This document shows, piece after piece, positions 20,301 to 30,741 of a stretch of DNA of 64,000 nucleotides; position 1 is the first letter of the stretch; the number at the start of each line of letters is the position of its first letter. Both the position numbers and the translations under genes were made by a program. Below the pieces are notes generated by a model. It made no database searches. It had not been told where the DNA came from and saw nothing but the letters and a program-made list of their open reading frames with translations. Location: the NCBI GenBank assembly GCA_963826715.1, contig CAWGYA010000007.1, forward strand, positions 1-64,000. The letters are read 5' to 3'. Source of the DNA: Candidatus Bathyarchaeota archaeon. Its GTDB lineage: Archaea > Thermoproteota > Bathyarchaeia > Bathyarchaeales > Bathycorpusculaceae.

Positions 20301-21157
20301 GGAGCTGACAAGTGAGATGCAACAATAATGTAGGTATTCAAACCCAAGTCTTTAGGTAACACCCAGCTAAGGGTTTCTAGAACCTCTTCATCATCAGCAT
20401 ATTCTTTTGAAGCTTCTGGGTGTTTCTGCTGGCGCGAAGCAAATTCGTCAATAACAAATAGCATACCGTTATAGCCGTTTTGTTCTAGCTGATTATAGAT
20501 GCTTCTAATTCTATCCTTTGTTGTTGTGGAAACATCTGGTAGCATCTTTTCTTTTTCGCAATAATCTCTAACGAGCTGAGCAAGTTGAGTGACAGAAACT
20601 TTTGTTGGTTCAGCCCCCGCCTGTCTTATGAAATCATCAATCGTGTCTCTTAGCCCCTGAGAACTGTTCCAATACCAGTCAACAATCTCATCTGCAGTGG
20701 CTATTTTCACTTTAGTCTGTAAATTGCACTCTTGAACAGTTTCTTCAATATGCCTCTCAATAATCCTCAGTAGTTTCTCTTCAGTATCTCCAGTACTCGC
20801 TTCTCCTTTGAGATTAATAATTACTGGAAATAATTGCATTTTCTCAAGCTTGAACCGATAATTTCTAATTTCTTGATTTTCAACCAAATTCCACAAGGAT
20901 TCGCTAGTATCAAGTAAAAGACAACTAAGAGTTGCTATAAAATGAGTTTTTCCTGCTCCATACTCCGCTTGAATCCAAAAACCACCGCCTCGATTACTAA
21001 TTATATTATCAAGGATTCTTTCAAAATCATCTCGTATAGAATTGGTAAAAATGTAACTGCCAACAGTCTCCTTCGGTTTAAATTTTATCTCTCTAATCAA
21101 GGATAAAGTGGTTTCACCCAACTCCTTAACTTCTATCAAATCACTTAATTTTTTCAT
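17325..21157 (-). CDS. brxC: BrxC/PglY-type P-loop ATPase (DUF6079-like), split into track ORFs 17672-21157 and 17325-17663 by a frameshift
   Basis: Walker A AEYGAGKTH, Walker B FVIDEF, FPFHP and a C-terminal C..CxxC. One extra A in the A6 run (17704-17709) gives the continuous reading SEKNAFLRELDENIKQGMKGL. Confidence 0.8.
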
Positions 21158-21163
21158 ATCTCA

Positions 21164-21619
21164 TTACTCCACTATGTTCTCCGGTTGAACAAGATTACCA
21201 AGGTACTTGAGAGTCGCATCAGGATTATACCTCACATAATCAGGAAGAACCAATACTTGTGGTTTCGGAACCACAAAAACTACCATTGTACGATCACCAA
21301 CATAATAATCATAAAATGAAGTCAAACCTATTTTATACCTAGAAAGAATACTGGCAGAAGAGATAACCAATATTTGTTGTTTTTTCAAGTTAGAGATTTT
21401 TGAGTAAAAATCAAACAGTTTTTTCTCAATTTCTTTTTCTATTAATCTTGAAAGGTATGTTTCAGTATCGCCACTGCTTCCATTAACCTGAACATCGTTA
21501 GCTAAATCAAGCTTTTCCATCAACTCTTTACCAATTATTCCAACAAGAGACGTTTCATCACCATTCCACACGTACACATGTTTCCCTGGGAAAGGACGTT
21601 CTTTGAATTGGATAACCAA
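21164..21619 (-). CDS. BrxB/BrxF-like small degenerate P-loop protein
   Basis: 151 aa with an alpha/beta pattern (ILVISSASILSRY, MVVFVVP) and no Walker A. Lies between brxA and brxC. Confidence 0.55.
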   Translation of the reverse strand: MVIQFKERPFPGKHVYVWNGDETSLVGIIGKELMEKLDLANDVQVNGSSGDTETYLSRLIEKEIEKKLFDFYSKISNLKKQQILVISSASILSRYKIGLTSFYDYYVGDRTMVVFVVPKPQVLVLPDYVRYNPDATLKYLGNLVQPENIVE

Positions 21620-21639
21620 TTTCGTGAAATCCTCGGAAT

Positions 21640-22422
21640 TTAAAGCGTAAGCCTCCGCTCAATAAATTCATCAACTGAATATCTAGTTGTCACTTGCTCA
21701 AGCTGATCCGCGACAACATATTTTGCTATTAATCCATTTGCATCTGCTTCACGAAAAATCCTTCGCACAATCTCTGGGTCTCGTATACCTAAGTATTGCC
21801 AAAAATTATTTGCCAGAATGTCCTTTATCGCAACTGTTTGTACAGATGTAGCTAGCAAATAATGAGTAAGAATTAAGAGGGCAGTCTTAGGAAGAGGAAC
21901 TTGACGAATTATTAACTTGTTTTTGGTTACAAGCAAGAAATCCATATCTCTACATGCGCTACGCAAAGCATTAAGTGGATCTTGCCTCACGACACCATAT
22001 TTTTTTAATAGAAAATCTTTCAAAAAATCTACACTAACGTTTGATCCAGGTTCCAAAGGTAGAATGTACTCTCTAACAAACTCCCCCATAGCAGGTTCAA
22101 CTGATAAATACTGATACCGCATAATTTCCTTTATTAAATCTTCATTTCTGTAAAAAGTCCACACTTTAGTCAAAATGTTATCAAGTGAAAACGAAGGAAA
22201 AAACCACTTCAATATATCCCGAGTATTTCTTAGCTTTACGTAACTAGAATTAACAGGAAGAGTGTTCTCTAATTCGCGCCTAAATGACTTAAAATCAGAA
22301 AACTCAGCACTCAATTTTACAGCGTAAATGCCGCCAGCCCATAGCAATCGTCTTACCATGAATAACTTTTTCCGACTTGACATTCCGCTTATGTTTTTTT
22401 CACATGTATTAAGGTCTAACAA
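21640..22422 (-). CDS. brxA: BrxA-like (DUF1819-like) DNA-binding protein, copy 1
   Basis: First gene of the cluster and a paralog of 9229-10002. The likely start is the ATG at 22383. Confidence 0.6.
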   Translation of the reverse strand: MLDLNTCEKNISGMSSRKKLFMVRRLLWAGGIYAVKLSAEFSDFKSFRRELENTLPVNSSYVKLRNTRDILKWFFPSFSLDNILTKVWTFYRNEDLIKEIMRYQYLSVEPAMGEFVREYILPLEPGSNVSVDFLKDFLLKKYGVVRQDPLNALRSACRDMDFLLVTKNKLIIRQVPLPKTALLILTHYLLATSVQTVAIKDILANNFWQYLGIRDPEIVRRIFREADANGLIAKYVVADQLEQVTTRYSVDEFIERRLTL

Positions 22423-22720
22423 GTTACCAAATATACAGTGATGTTATTTAAAACATTTTTCCGCTTGCTACGTCTATCTCTTTGATTAAAACTGCATTTG
22501 ACTGTTAGTATGTTGGGGTAGTAGTCTATGTGAATTTTTTCGCCAAACAGTTTGTGGATAAGTACACTTGGTTTTAGGTCCTCTTTGTAGATCGCTATTG
22601 GGTATGACTGCTATGACTGCTTTACCTTGCTGCTAAGCTAGCTGCTATAGAGGTTGTCGGCTATTATTTTTGCTATGTCTCGGTATATAGGCAGTAGACG
22701 AATTCTTCTAAAGGTTTGGA

Positions 22721-24589
22721 TCATTTTTCTATTCTTGATTTAAAGAACTTTTCAGTATCTTTATCCAAAAAATAGATGTAACATCCTTTCATTCCACGCG
22801 ATAATAATACCCTGTAGGTGTTTTTGATTAATTCTGTGAAATTGGTTTTGGATCTTTTAACTACTTTATCTGCGGAGTTTTCTCGATTCCCTTTCCATGT
22901 TTGTTCGTCGAAGTTGTATGTGAGGTCGTTTCCAAATATTACTCCTGCATAGTCGAATTCGAATCCTTGGGAGGTGTATATACAGCCTATTTGGTTTATT
23001 CCGTTTGGGTTGTATGCCCATAGGTTTGATTTCGGGATTCCCTCGGCCAATATTTTTGCGTCGGGTTTAGCATTCCAAGGTCTGCGGTAGTCACCGATGA
23101 TTACGTCGTCTTCGAGTGTTCCGTCGGATTTTGGATTTGACCACGGCCAACAGAAACCTGCGGAAACTCTTCCTGTGTCGCCTGCTTTGACTTTGTTTCT
23201 TATTGCGTTTTCTATATCTTCCGGGCTGTCAAATACTTTCAAATCAAATTCTTCATGCTGATCCCAAATCACGTTGGCTGTCCGTTTGATGCCTAAAGTG
23301 TTGTTTACCCAGTTTACGAAGGCGTCTGAACCATTACAGCGGAATTGAGCTTCCAATTCATACTCAAAAATCTTGCAGTTGTTCTTTACAGCGAATTCTT
23401 TGATGTAATTGACGGAACCGATTTCGCCCGGGCGCACCACTTGGTCATCATCAATAAAGAAAGCTGAAACCTTGGAGGCGTTGAGCAACTCCTCTATCTG
23501 TGGAGCATCAGATCTTTTTTCTTTAGGAGTAAATCGATTAAAGCTGGTCTCTCTTAGTCTGTGAGCTTCATCAGCAATTAAAACGTCAATTGAGTTGTTT
23601 TCTGCATCCGAGTAACTGTTGAAATATTTGAACTGAGCAGCTCCCCGCGACCCAATTACTTTTCTCAGAGTTTCGGTGAACGCACGCGACCCAGTTACAT
23701 ACTGAGTGTTGTACTCTTTCTTCAGCAAGTCAGCCATAAGATTAATGGCAATAACAGACTTCCCTGTCCCTGGACCGCCTTTAATGATAAGTACTGTTTT
23801 TTGTTTATCATGAAACCCAGCTTTTGCACATGAAACAACACTATCGTAAACAATTTGCTGCTCATCTAAGAGTATGTACTCCGGAATTCCTCGTATGACT
23901 TTGCCCACATGATCCATGAGTTTCTTGCTAGGTCTGTATTTGCTCTCTTCAATACGCTTAAGCACATCTACACCGCTCCCCAACTCAAGCTTCTTAGTCA
24001 AATAACCAGACAACTTGTTGACATCATCAGCAGTGAAGAGGGGCGAATTCAAAAGAGCCGTCGCAAATTTTTCCGAGAACAAAATGTCCTCCGAATAAAC
24101 GCTATAGTTATGCAAATACGCACACGCATTTAGGATTACTGGGTTAGGCTCCTGGTAGAAGGCAGTATGGGTATCTTTTAGGTATCGCTTGTACCGGCTG
24201 ACTTGAACGGAAGGATGCAACAGTTCTCGTCTACCGCCCACCCACGAGATCACTTCGTTCTCTCCGGGTGCCTCTTGGCAGCGATCCCATTGCTTTAGCT
24301 CAATGATAACGGCATTATCTATGCCATCCGCATCTCTGCCACAAATCATGCAGTCCAACCGCTTTGAAGTCATGGGCAATTGATATTCGAGAAGAATTCC
24401 TTGATCGGTAAGCTTTGCATTTTGAAAAACCATTGAGACCGCGCGAAGAGAATTTCTCCATGAATTCAACTCACTTTGGGAAGGGTAATATCTAAAGTAA
24501 CCAAAGAAGGCAAGTCTGAGTTTCTCGGCAATTTGGTTTTGAACTGTATCTTCAAGAAACTGCTCGGAAGTCCCCGAAAACAACCGCAT
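22721..24589 (-). CDS. DUF2075 (Schlafen group 3-like) helicase with N-terminal nuclease-like domain
   Basis: N-terminal LEY.LP..SKRLD..IIELKQW, Walker A GGPGTGKS, IADEAHR, QFRCNGS, GCIYTSQGFEFDY and YRVLLSRG. Confidence 0.88.
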   Translation of the reverse strand: MRLFSGTSEQFLEDTVQNQIAEKLRLAFFGYFRYYPSQSELNSWRNSLRAVSMVFQNAKLTDQGILLEYQLPMTSKRLDCMICGRDADGIDNAVIIELKQWDRCQEAPGENEVISWVGGRRELLHPSVQVSRYKRYLKDTHTAFYQEPNPVILNACAYLHNYSVYSEDILFSEKFATALLNSPLFTADDVNKLSGYLTKKLELGSGVDVLKRIEESKYRPSKKLMDHVGKVIRGIPEYILLDEQQIVYDSVVSCAKAGFHDKQKTVLIIKGGPGTGKSVIAINLMADLLKKEYNTQYVTGSRAFTETLRKVIGSRGAAQFKYFNSYSDAENNSIDVLIADEAHRLRETSFNRFTPKEKRSDAPQIEELLNASKVSAFFIDDDQVVRPGEIGSVNYIKEFAVKNNCKIFEYELEAQFRCNGSDAFVNWVNNTLGIKRTANVIWDQHEEFDLKVFDSPEDIENAIRNKVKAGDTGRVSAGFCWPWSNPKSDGTLEDDVIIGDYRRPWNAKPDAKILAEGIPKSNLWAYNPNGINQIGCIYTSQGFEFDYAGVIFGNDLTYNFDEQTWKGNRENSADKVVKRSKTNFTELIKNTYRVLLSRGMKGCYIYFLDKDTEKFFKSRIEK

Positions 24590-24678
24590 GACTAATCAAA
24601 TGGCAATTATGTCTTTTCTTACTTTTTAATGGTTCCCAATATTAAGTAGAAGTTGATCCGCTGGTTGCTTGAAGCTTA

Positions 24679-24719
24679 AAAGAACAACAACAGTTGCCTG
24701 TGGTTTGTTGTTGTTCTTT
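24679..24719. repeat. Perfect 14-bp inverted repeat, copy 1 of a recurring palindrome
   Basis: AAAGAACAACAACA-N13-TGTTGTTGTTCTTT. Confidence 0.8.
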
Positions 24720-24913
24720 CGAACTTTAGTCTGTTTAAGAGAAGAAGGGTACTTCACAGATGCTTCTTTCAGTTAATTGGTTGTTTTTGTTAGTTGGTAG
24801 AGTAAAACAATGTGCAGCTATCCTTCGAGTTCTTTTAAATGAGTTAGTTAAAAGACGAAAAAAGAGCTATTAGGGAAGAACCTATTTTTTCTTCTTCAGT
24901 TTGTTCTCGAGTA

Positions 24914-25333
24914 TTATGTTTCTTCATTTTCAGAATTTAACCGCTTGAAAGACTGCTTGAATTTTTTCCCCTCCAGCGACTCAGGCTCAATCAGTTTTGA
25001 ATAGGGATTGGCGATATTGTTTTCTTTGGGGAATTGTATGCTGCATTGTGGCTGCCGCTTTAGCGCTGCCTTTTCTTCTTTTGTCATTTTTAGGCCGAAC
25101 TTGTGCACTTCATCATGGCACGGTTGCCTGCATAGCCAAATGAAAGGTGGTTTATGTTCACCTGTGAGTGAATGTTTGGTCATTGCATCGCCTACTCTGC
25201 CGCATTTGGAACATTGATTTAGTGTCTTTGGGGGTCTTCGTGTTTTGGTTTTTGACTTACTTTTGTCGCTTTTGAACATGCCGTAGTCTCGGTAGACTTC
25301 TTCTTTAGTCATTTCTGTGCGATCTTTAGTCAC
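24914..25333 (-). CDS. Small basic HNH-like/zinc-binding protein
   Basis: The pattern CSKC...TKH...WLCRQPCHDEVH resembles an HNH signature. Confidence 0.5.
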   Translation of the reverse strand: MTKDRTEMTKEEVYRDYGMFKSDKSKSKTKTRRPPKTLNQCSKCGRVGDAMTKHSLTGEHKPPFIWLCRQPCHDEVHKFGLKMTKEEKAALKRQPQCSIQFPKENNIANPYSKLIEPESLEGKKFKQSFKRLNSENEET

Positions 25334-25431
25334 TTGCAGTCAATCCTTTTTCTCTTAGATTTGAATATTTTAGTTCTCCTACGTTTCTTATTCTACCTAA
25401 GAACAAGGGGCGATCAGGGATTTCTTAACCC

Positions 25432-27140
25432 TTAATTGAGACACAGCTTTGGTTTTCTTGTTGCTATCGTCAATTTAAGCACCACCAAAACTGCAACCAC
25501 AATAACAAAAGCAACTGCCACACCATAAAGTATCTGAACAACGTTAATTGCACCCTCTACTCCATCCTTGTGGGCTTCGTTGCTAAATTCGATCGATATT
25601 TGATGTGTGCTGAAATGTGTGGTAAACCAAACATAATAGTTGGATGAGTCTTGGGTGTAGCCTTGGTTTTGTGCTGGCTCATTGTCAATGTAGATTATTG
25701 GGTTGGTTGTATTTGGGATTTCATTCTTGGGGAGGGTCATGTTACAGAAGCCAACGGTTCCGTTTTGGCCTGTTAATGAAAATGAGATTGTTGTTTTGTT
25801 TGTGATGGGGTTTGTTGTTACGTTAAGGTTTGATATTTGTGAGAGACTTATGTTTCCATTTAAGGTCAGATTGATTGTTTTTGTAGGGTCTGTTGATGGC
25901 GTGGGGGTTGCTTGCGTTATATTTGTGGGGGTAGATGTGGGTGTGGGCGTGTTAATTGGTGTAGTTGAAGTGCCAAAGGCATACAGGACACCATAATCTG
26001 AGCCTACATACAATACGCCATCTACCACTGCTGGAGACGACGAAGAAATCGAGGTTGGTGTTTGGCAGTTCCAAACCATTGAGCCATCAGAAGCTCTCAG
26101 AGCTGTAATATTTCCATCGCCCCCCGACACGTAGACTATATCATTAGCAATGGCTGGGGAAGAGTAAACTTCACCGCCAGTCACATAACTCCAAAGTAAG
26201 CTACCCGTCAAGGCATTTAGGGCATAGAGCTTTCCAATCAAATTGACATGAGGATTATAAGAACCAACATAAACTACACCATTAGCTAACGCCGGCGATG
26301 AGTATACCCAAAAGCTAACAGTTGTATAATTCCACAGAACCTGCCCAGTTGATGCACTAAGAGCATAGATCCCGCCGTTTGCAAGTTGATCTGCGCCTAT
26401 GTAAACAACGCCATCAACTACTGTAGGCGAAGAATAGATGGTGTCACCGATTGTGCTTACCCATATCTTCGCTCCCGTTTGGGCATCAATAGCATGAACC
26501 CTTCCACCGTTATCACCAATATAGACTACACCATTAACGATTGCCGGCGAGGAACCTACGGCGCCAGCTTGAGTACTGTACGACCAAATCAACAACCCAG
26601 TTTCAGCATCCAAAGCATAAACGTTAGCGTCATATGAAGCAATATAGACAATACCATCCTCTACGGCAGGAGATGACTGCACATAACTCTGCGTTTGAAA
26701 ACGCCAAAGCAACTGACCACTTGAAGCATTAACTGCATGGACAAAGGTATCCCATGAACCAAAGTATGCCCTACCGTCTGCGATAGCAGGTGAAGAGTAA
26801 ACCGAACCGCCGCTTTGATAACGCCATAAGAGTTCACTGTTGGAAGCATTTACAGCGACAACATCACCATTATTTGAGCCTACATACACTACCCCGTTAA
26901 CTATGGTTGGGCCTAAGAGGGTTTGTGCAGATACCTGATAGGTCCATAGCGTTTGATTTGTCTGGGGTCCACTAGAGGTTGTGTAGCCTTGATGTGACAG
27001 GTTCTTTTTGAACATAGGCCATGAATGGGTGTCAATGGAGGAATCGCTGCTTAAAGTTCCACTCAGCACAGTAAGAAAACCGGATCTACCAAACATAGAA
27101 GCATGCCGAAAAGAATAGGAACCCAGATTAGTTTTTTCAT
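25432..27140 (-). CDS. PQQ-like beta-propeller surface protein with Thr/Pro linker and C-terminal TM anchor; N-terminal frameshift
   Basis: Repeated SSPA..DG.VY.GS....YAL.A.TG..LW. The signal peptide MKKLIWVPILFGMLLCLV starts at 27140 in a different frame and joins by a one-base insertion near 27086. Confidence 0.85.
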
Positions 27141-27407
27141 TTCCCACACTTTTACCTTAACTGTACCAAGACAATGATTGGTGTGAACAATTATTAAATT
27201 TACGCCAAACCCTAATTTAAAATAGCAAATAGGTTTTCAATTTTCGGTACCAGTTTTTTCGATTCATCTTGACCATTCAAACCTAATTCGCCAGCTCATC
27301 CACACACAAATAACAAAAAAACTCGTAATATATTTTTACATATTCGAAAACAAAAAAATTACCTGTTTTAAATTTGCATTGAAAGCAAAAAATTTTTGAT
27401 TCAATAG

Positions 27408-28685
27408 TTGAGAAAACAGATATTTATTGTACCCTCGTATATCTCAGATACTGTGAACAATCGCAAGAAAATAACAACAGCAATTGCCGTTATTACACTT
27501 CTTATCGCTTCAATAATTATCCTAAGATTCCCTTCAACCATCGGTTCAATAGTTGTTCCAGATGATTATTCATCCATTCAGACAGCGGTCGACCATGCAT
27601 TTTCTGGACAAACAATCTATGTACGAAGCGGTGTATACTCTGATCAGTCAATTACCATCAATAAGCCATTATACCTAATGGGCGAAAACCCAAACAACAC
27701 AATCCTTGTAGGCATAAACAACGTAAAGTATCCGCCACCTTATGTGATTCAGGTTTCTGCGGATAACGTAAGAATTTCAGGTTTCACAATAACCAATGGA
27801 TCACTTGGTGGAATCAGAATAGAAACTATTGGTAGCGACACACAGCCAACTGGATGCGTAATAACGGGAAATATCCTATGGAATAATGCAATTGGTATTA
27901 GTACATATGACGGGAAAAACCTCTCCATTTCAAATAATCAAATCTCAAACAACACCCAATACGGAATCTATGTATCAACTTCCAATAGCAACATTTTCGA
28001 AAACAGCATAACCGAAAACGGTTTATTTGGAATACTCATAGATTCTTGTAACGATGTTTCTGTAACCAATAACATCATTTCAATGAACGGGCATCAAGAA
28101 AATACCCAAGAACAAAAAGGCGGTGTTTGCCTGAAGTGGTTTGGAAGCTACCGAATCTACACAAATAACATAACCAGCAACAACGGCGATGGCGTCCAGT
28201 TCAGCGAAGGTTGCAGTAACACAGCAATTTATGATAACAATATTTTAGGCAACAATGTCGGAGTCAAACTTTTCAATTTTGCCATAACAAACAACTCGGA
28301 GAATATAGGTATAGGCTCAAACAACCAAGTCTACCATAACAACTTTGTCAACAGTCAAAATGCAGTTGTACAAATCTCTTTTTTGTTCGGCAACCTCTCA
28401 AACATATACTACGCTATAGGAAATGGAACAGACATAGTCTCATGGAATAACAGCGAAACAGGCAATTATTGGTCTGACTACAACAACAACGATGCATATG
28501 TTATAGATGAAAACAACGTTGACCACTACCCACTCAATGGAGTTGTAAAGATTTCATTAGGAACCCCCACTCTAACGCCTCAATTACCCGGCATTTCAAT
28601 AACAGTACCGCTTCTAATGCTAATTGTCGCCATCGCCATAGGAATCACCTCTTTATTGCTTTACTTAAGGCATATCAAACGATGA
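27408..28685 (+). CDS. NosD/CASH right-handed beta-helix surface protein
   Basis: VPDDYSSIQTAVD, Asn-rich repeats, GNYWSDY, DHYPL and a C-terminal TM segment. Confidence 0.85.
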   Translation: MRKQIFIVPSYISDTVNNRKKITTAIAVITLLIASIIILRFPSTIGSIVVPDDYSSIQTAVDHAFSGQTIYVRSGVYSDQSITINKPLYLMGENPNNTILVGINNVKYPPPYVIQVSADNVRISGFTITNGSLGGIRIETIGSDTQPTGCVITGNILWNNAIGISTYDGKNLSISNNQISNNTQYGIYVSTSNSNIFENSITENGLFGILIDSCNDVSVTNNIISMNGHQENTQEQKGGVCLKWFGSYRIYTNNITSNNGDGVQFSEGCSNTAIYDNNILGNNVGVKLFNFAITNNSENIGIGSNNQVYHNNFVNSQNAVVQISFLFGNLSNIYYAIGNGTDIVSWNNSETGNYWSDYNNNDAYVIDENNVDHYPLNGVVKISLGTPTLTPQLPGISITVPLLMLIVAIAIGITSLLLYLRHIKR

Positions 28686-28973
28686 ACGTTTGATCACTCG
28701 ATGTCTCACCTAAACTACAACTAAAGAGGCTTAAACGAAAAAGTGAACTTCTCCGTTACTATTGTTTTTCGCCGACTAACTGCTCTGCCTACTAAACCGG
28801 ATCTTAAATATTAAAAACGGAGATAACAAATTACACATTCAGCATTTCATAGCTTAGATCTATTAGTTTGTTCATCGAATTCAAAGGTTTAATACAAGCT
28901 TCACTTATCACCAAATTGGAAAAACAGCCAAAACTGGCAAATTAACCCCGAAAACAAAAATGAGGAAAATAGA

Positions 28974-29402
28974 ATGTCCGAATCAGAAGTAACAACTCTC
29001 AAACTACTTGAAGGCTACAAATTCAAAGCCGAATTCGAAGAAGCAGGTGTAGCAAGCTTAGTTGTTGATGAACCGAAGCCTATTGGAGAAGGCATTGGAC
29101 CGAGCCCAACCATGCTTTTGTCTGTTGCGGTTGGTCATTGTCTAAGCTCAAGCTTGCTGTTTTGCCTTCAAAAAGCAAGAATAAAAGTAAATGACCTTCA
29201 AACATCCATTGAAACAAACAAAGAAAAAAACCAAGAAGGCTACCTAAGAATTACAAGTATGGATGTTAAGGTTCAGCTAAGCGTTAATGAAGAAGACAAA
29301 GCCAGAGTGTCGAGGTGTCTTGGAATTTTCGAGAACTACTGTACTGTAACTCAAAGTGTAATGCAAGGCATAAAAGTAAACGTGGACATCACCAAAGTCT
29401 AA
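28974..29402 (+). CDS. OsmC-family protein
   Basis: DEP..GEG.GPSP..LL..AVG.CL and ENYCTVTQS. Confidence 0.85.
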   Translation: MSESEVTTLKLLEGYKFKAEFEEAGVASLVVDEPKPIGEGIGPSPTMLLSVAVGHCLSSSLLFCLQKARIKVNDLQTSIETNKEKNQEGYLRITSMDVKVQLSVNEEDKARVSRCLGIFENYCTVTQSVMQGIKVNVDITKV

Positions 29403-29475
29403 AGTTAAGAAAACAGGTAAAACAAGAGAATCAGCCTAAAACCCCACTCGGAAAAGAACCCTTATATTCTATCCG

Positions 29476-29964
29476 TTGCAATACGCTGGCATGACAGAAC
29501 CCAAAAATGGTCGACCAATCTTCTTCCCAGAAAATCTGGTTCTATTCGGTAACCTCGCTCTTTTCCTGTGGATCGTTCTTGACGCAATCGCTTTTATAAT
29601 GTTTGATTTAACGATTGGGATTGTGTTCTTCTTGGCGACGCTGATTTTAGTTTACGGATTACTCAACATTCTCGGATGTTTGCGGCCATGCTACAACTGT
29701 ATAAAATGCACCCACGGGATGGGACGCTTAGCAGCATTATTCTTTGGTAGACGCCTATTCAAAGACTACAAATACAACTACAAACTCCCAACCGCAATAC
29801 TCTATAGCATCTATATCGGGGCGTTTCCAGCAGCATTCGCGCTCTACTCTGCAGTTACAGATTTCACAATTATCAAAGCAGCACTGTTTGTGGTTCTGTT
29901 GATGTTCACAATTTATAGCGCCTCAACCTGGCGACCAAAAAAACGCTCAACTCCCCAAAAATAA
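29476..29964 (+). CDS. Four-TM membrane protein with Cys cluster
   Basis: Hydrophobic segments and C..PCYNC.KC. The likely start is the ATG at 29491. Confidence 0.6.
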   Translation: MQYAGMTEPKNGRPIFFPENLVLFGNLALFLWIVLDAIAFIMFDLTIGIVFFLATLILVYGLLNILGCLRPCYNCIKCTHGMGRLAALFFGRRLFKDYKYNYKLPTAILYSIYIGAFPAAFALYSAVTDFTIIKAALFVVLLMFTIYSASTWRPKKRSTPQK

Positions 29965-30059
29965 AATTTACACTACAACTACAAATCAAAAAAGAGATAT
30001 CCTTCAACCAGTGTAAATCAATAATGGAATAGTTCCCAACAAAGCTTTGAGGAGTAACA

Positions 30060-30671
30060 ATGGAACATCAAAATCATTATCATGCTGACCGTGTCAAGTT
30101 CTTAATGTCAGAAGAAAGAAAGCAATGGCATAATCCCCAAACTATCCTAAAAAAGATAGAGCAGGGAATGACCATTGCAGACCTGGGTTCAGGACCGGGA
30201 TTTTACACAATACCAATGGCCCAGAAAACAGGAGAAAAAGGTCTTGTATACGCCGTCGATAGCAATCAGGCAATGCTAGATGGCTTAAAAGAAAACATTG
30301 CTAAATCCGACGTAAACCAAAACATCATTAAGATAGTAAAGAGCGATGTGTGCAATACAGGAATCCCGAAAGCCTCTGTTGACCTTGTTCTATTCGCCAA
30401 TGTTCTCCACGAAGTAGCAGATAGGAATGCTTTCTTGCAAGAAGTTAGACGTATTTCTAAACCAACGGCCCAAATTGTTGATGTAGACTGGAAAAAGATC
30501 CAAACGGAATTCGGACCGCCCTTTCAAGAACGTCTCTCCGAAGATGAAGCCAAACAGGTTCTTGCAGAGAATGGCTTTACTGTCACTGAACAAATTGATG
30601 CAGGACCTTATCACTATCAGCTAATTTTTAAACCAAGCGCTGACAGTCAAAAATCTCAGCCTAAAACCTAA
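30060..30671 (+). CDS. Class I SAM-dependent methyltransferase
   Basis: Motifs ADLGSGPG, YAVD and NVLHE. Confidence 0.88.
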   Translation: MEHQNHYHADRVKFLMSEERKQWHNPQTILKKIEQGMTIADLGSGPGFYTIPMAQKTGEKGLVYAVDSNQAMLDGLKENIAKSDVNQNIIKIVKSDVCNTGIPKASVDLVLFANVLHEVADRNAFLQEVRRISKPTAQIVDVDWKKIQTEFGPPFQERLSEDEAKQVLAENGFTVTEQIDAGPYHYQLIFKPSADSQKSQPKT

Positions 30672-30703
30672 ACGGTAACCTCATCTTAAATGCGGGAATG
30701 GGC

Positions 30704-30741
30704 AGAACAACAACAAAAAAATTTTGGCTTGTTGTTGTTCT
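30704..30741. repeat. 13-bp inverted repeat, copy 2 of the recurring palindrome
   Basis: AGAACAACAACAA-N12-TTGTTGTTGTTCT, followed by TTC as in copy 1. Confidence 0.8.

Noticed and set aside
22590-22680. Short repeated CTATGACTG/GCTAT words upstream of brxA
   Set aside because: Irregular and only two tandem units, so not an array.
25432-28685. Internal repeats in PQQ and NosD genes as DNA repeat arrays
   Set aside because: Explained by protein beta-propeller and beta-helix repeats.
30060-30671. Methyltransferase as part of the defence island
   Set aside because: Small-molecule class I MTase pattern with no DPPY/NPPY or PC motif.
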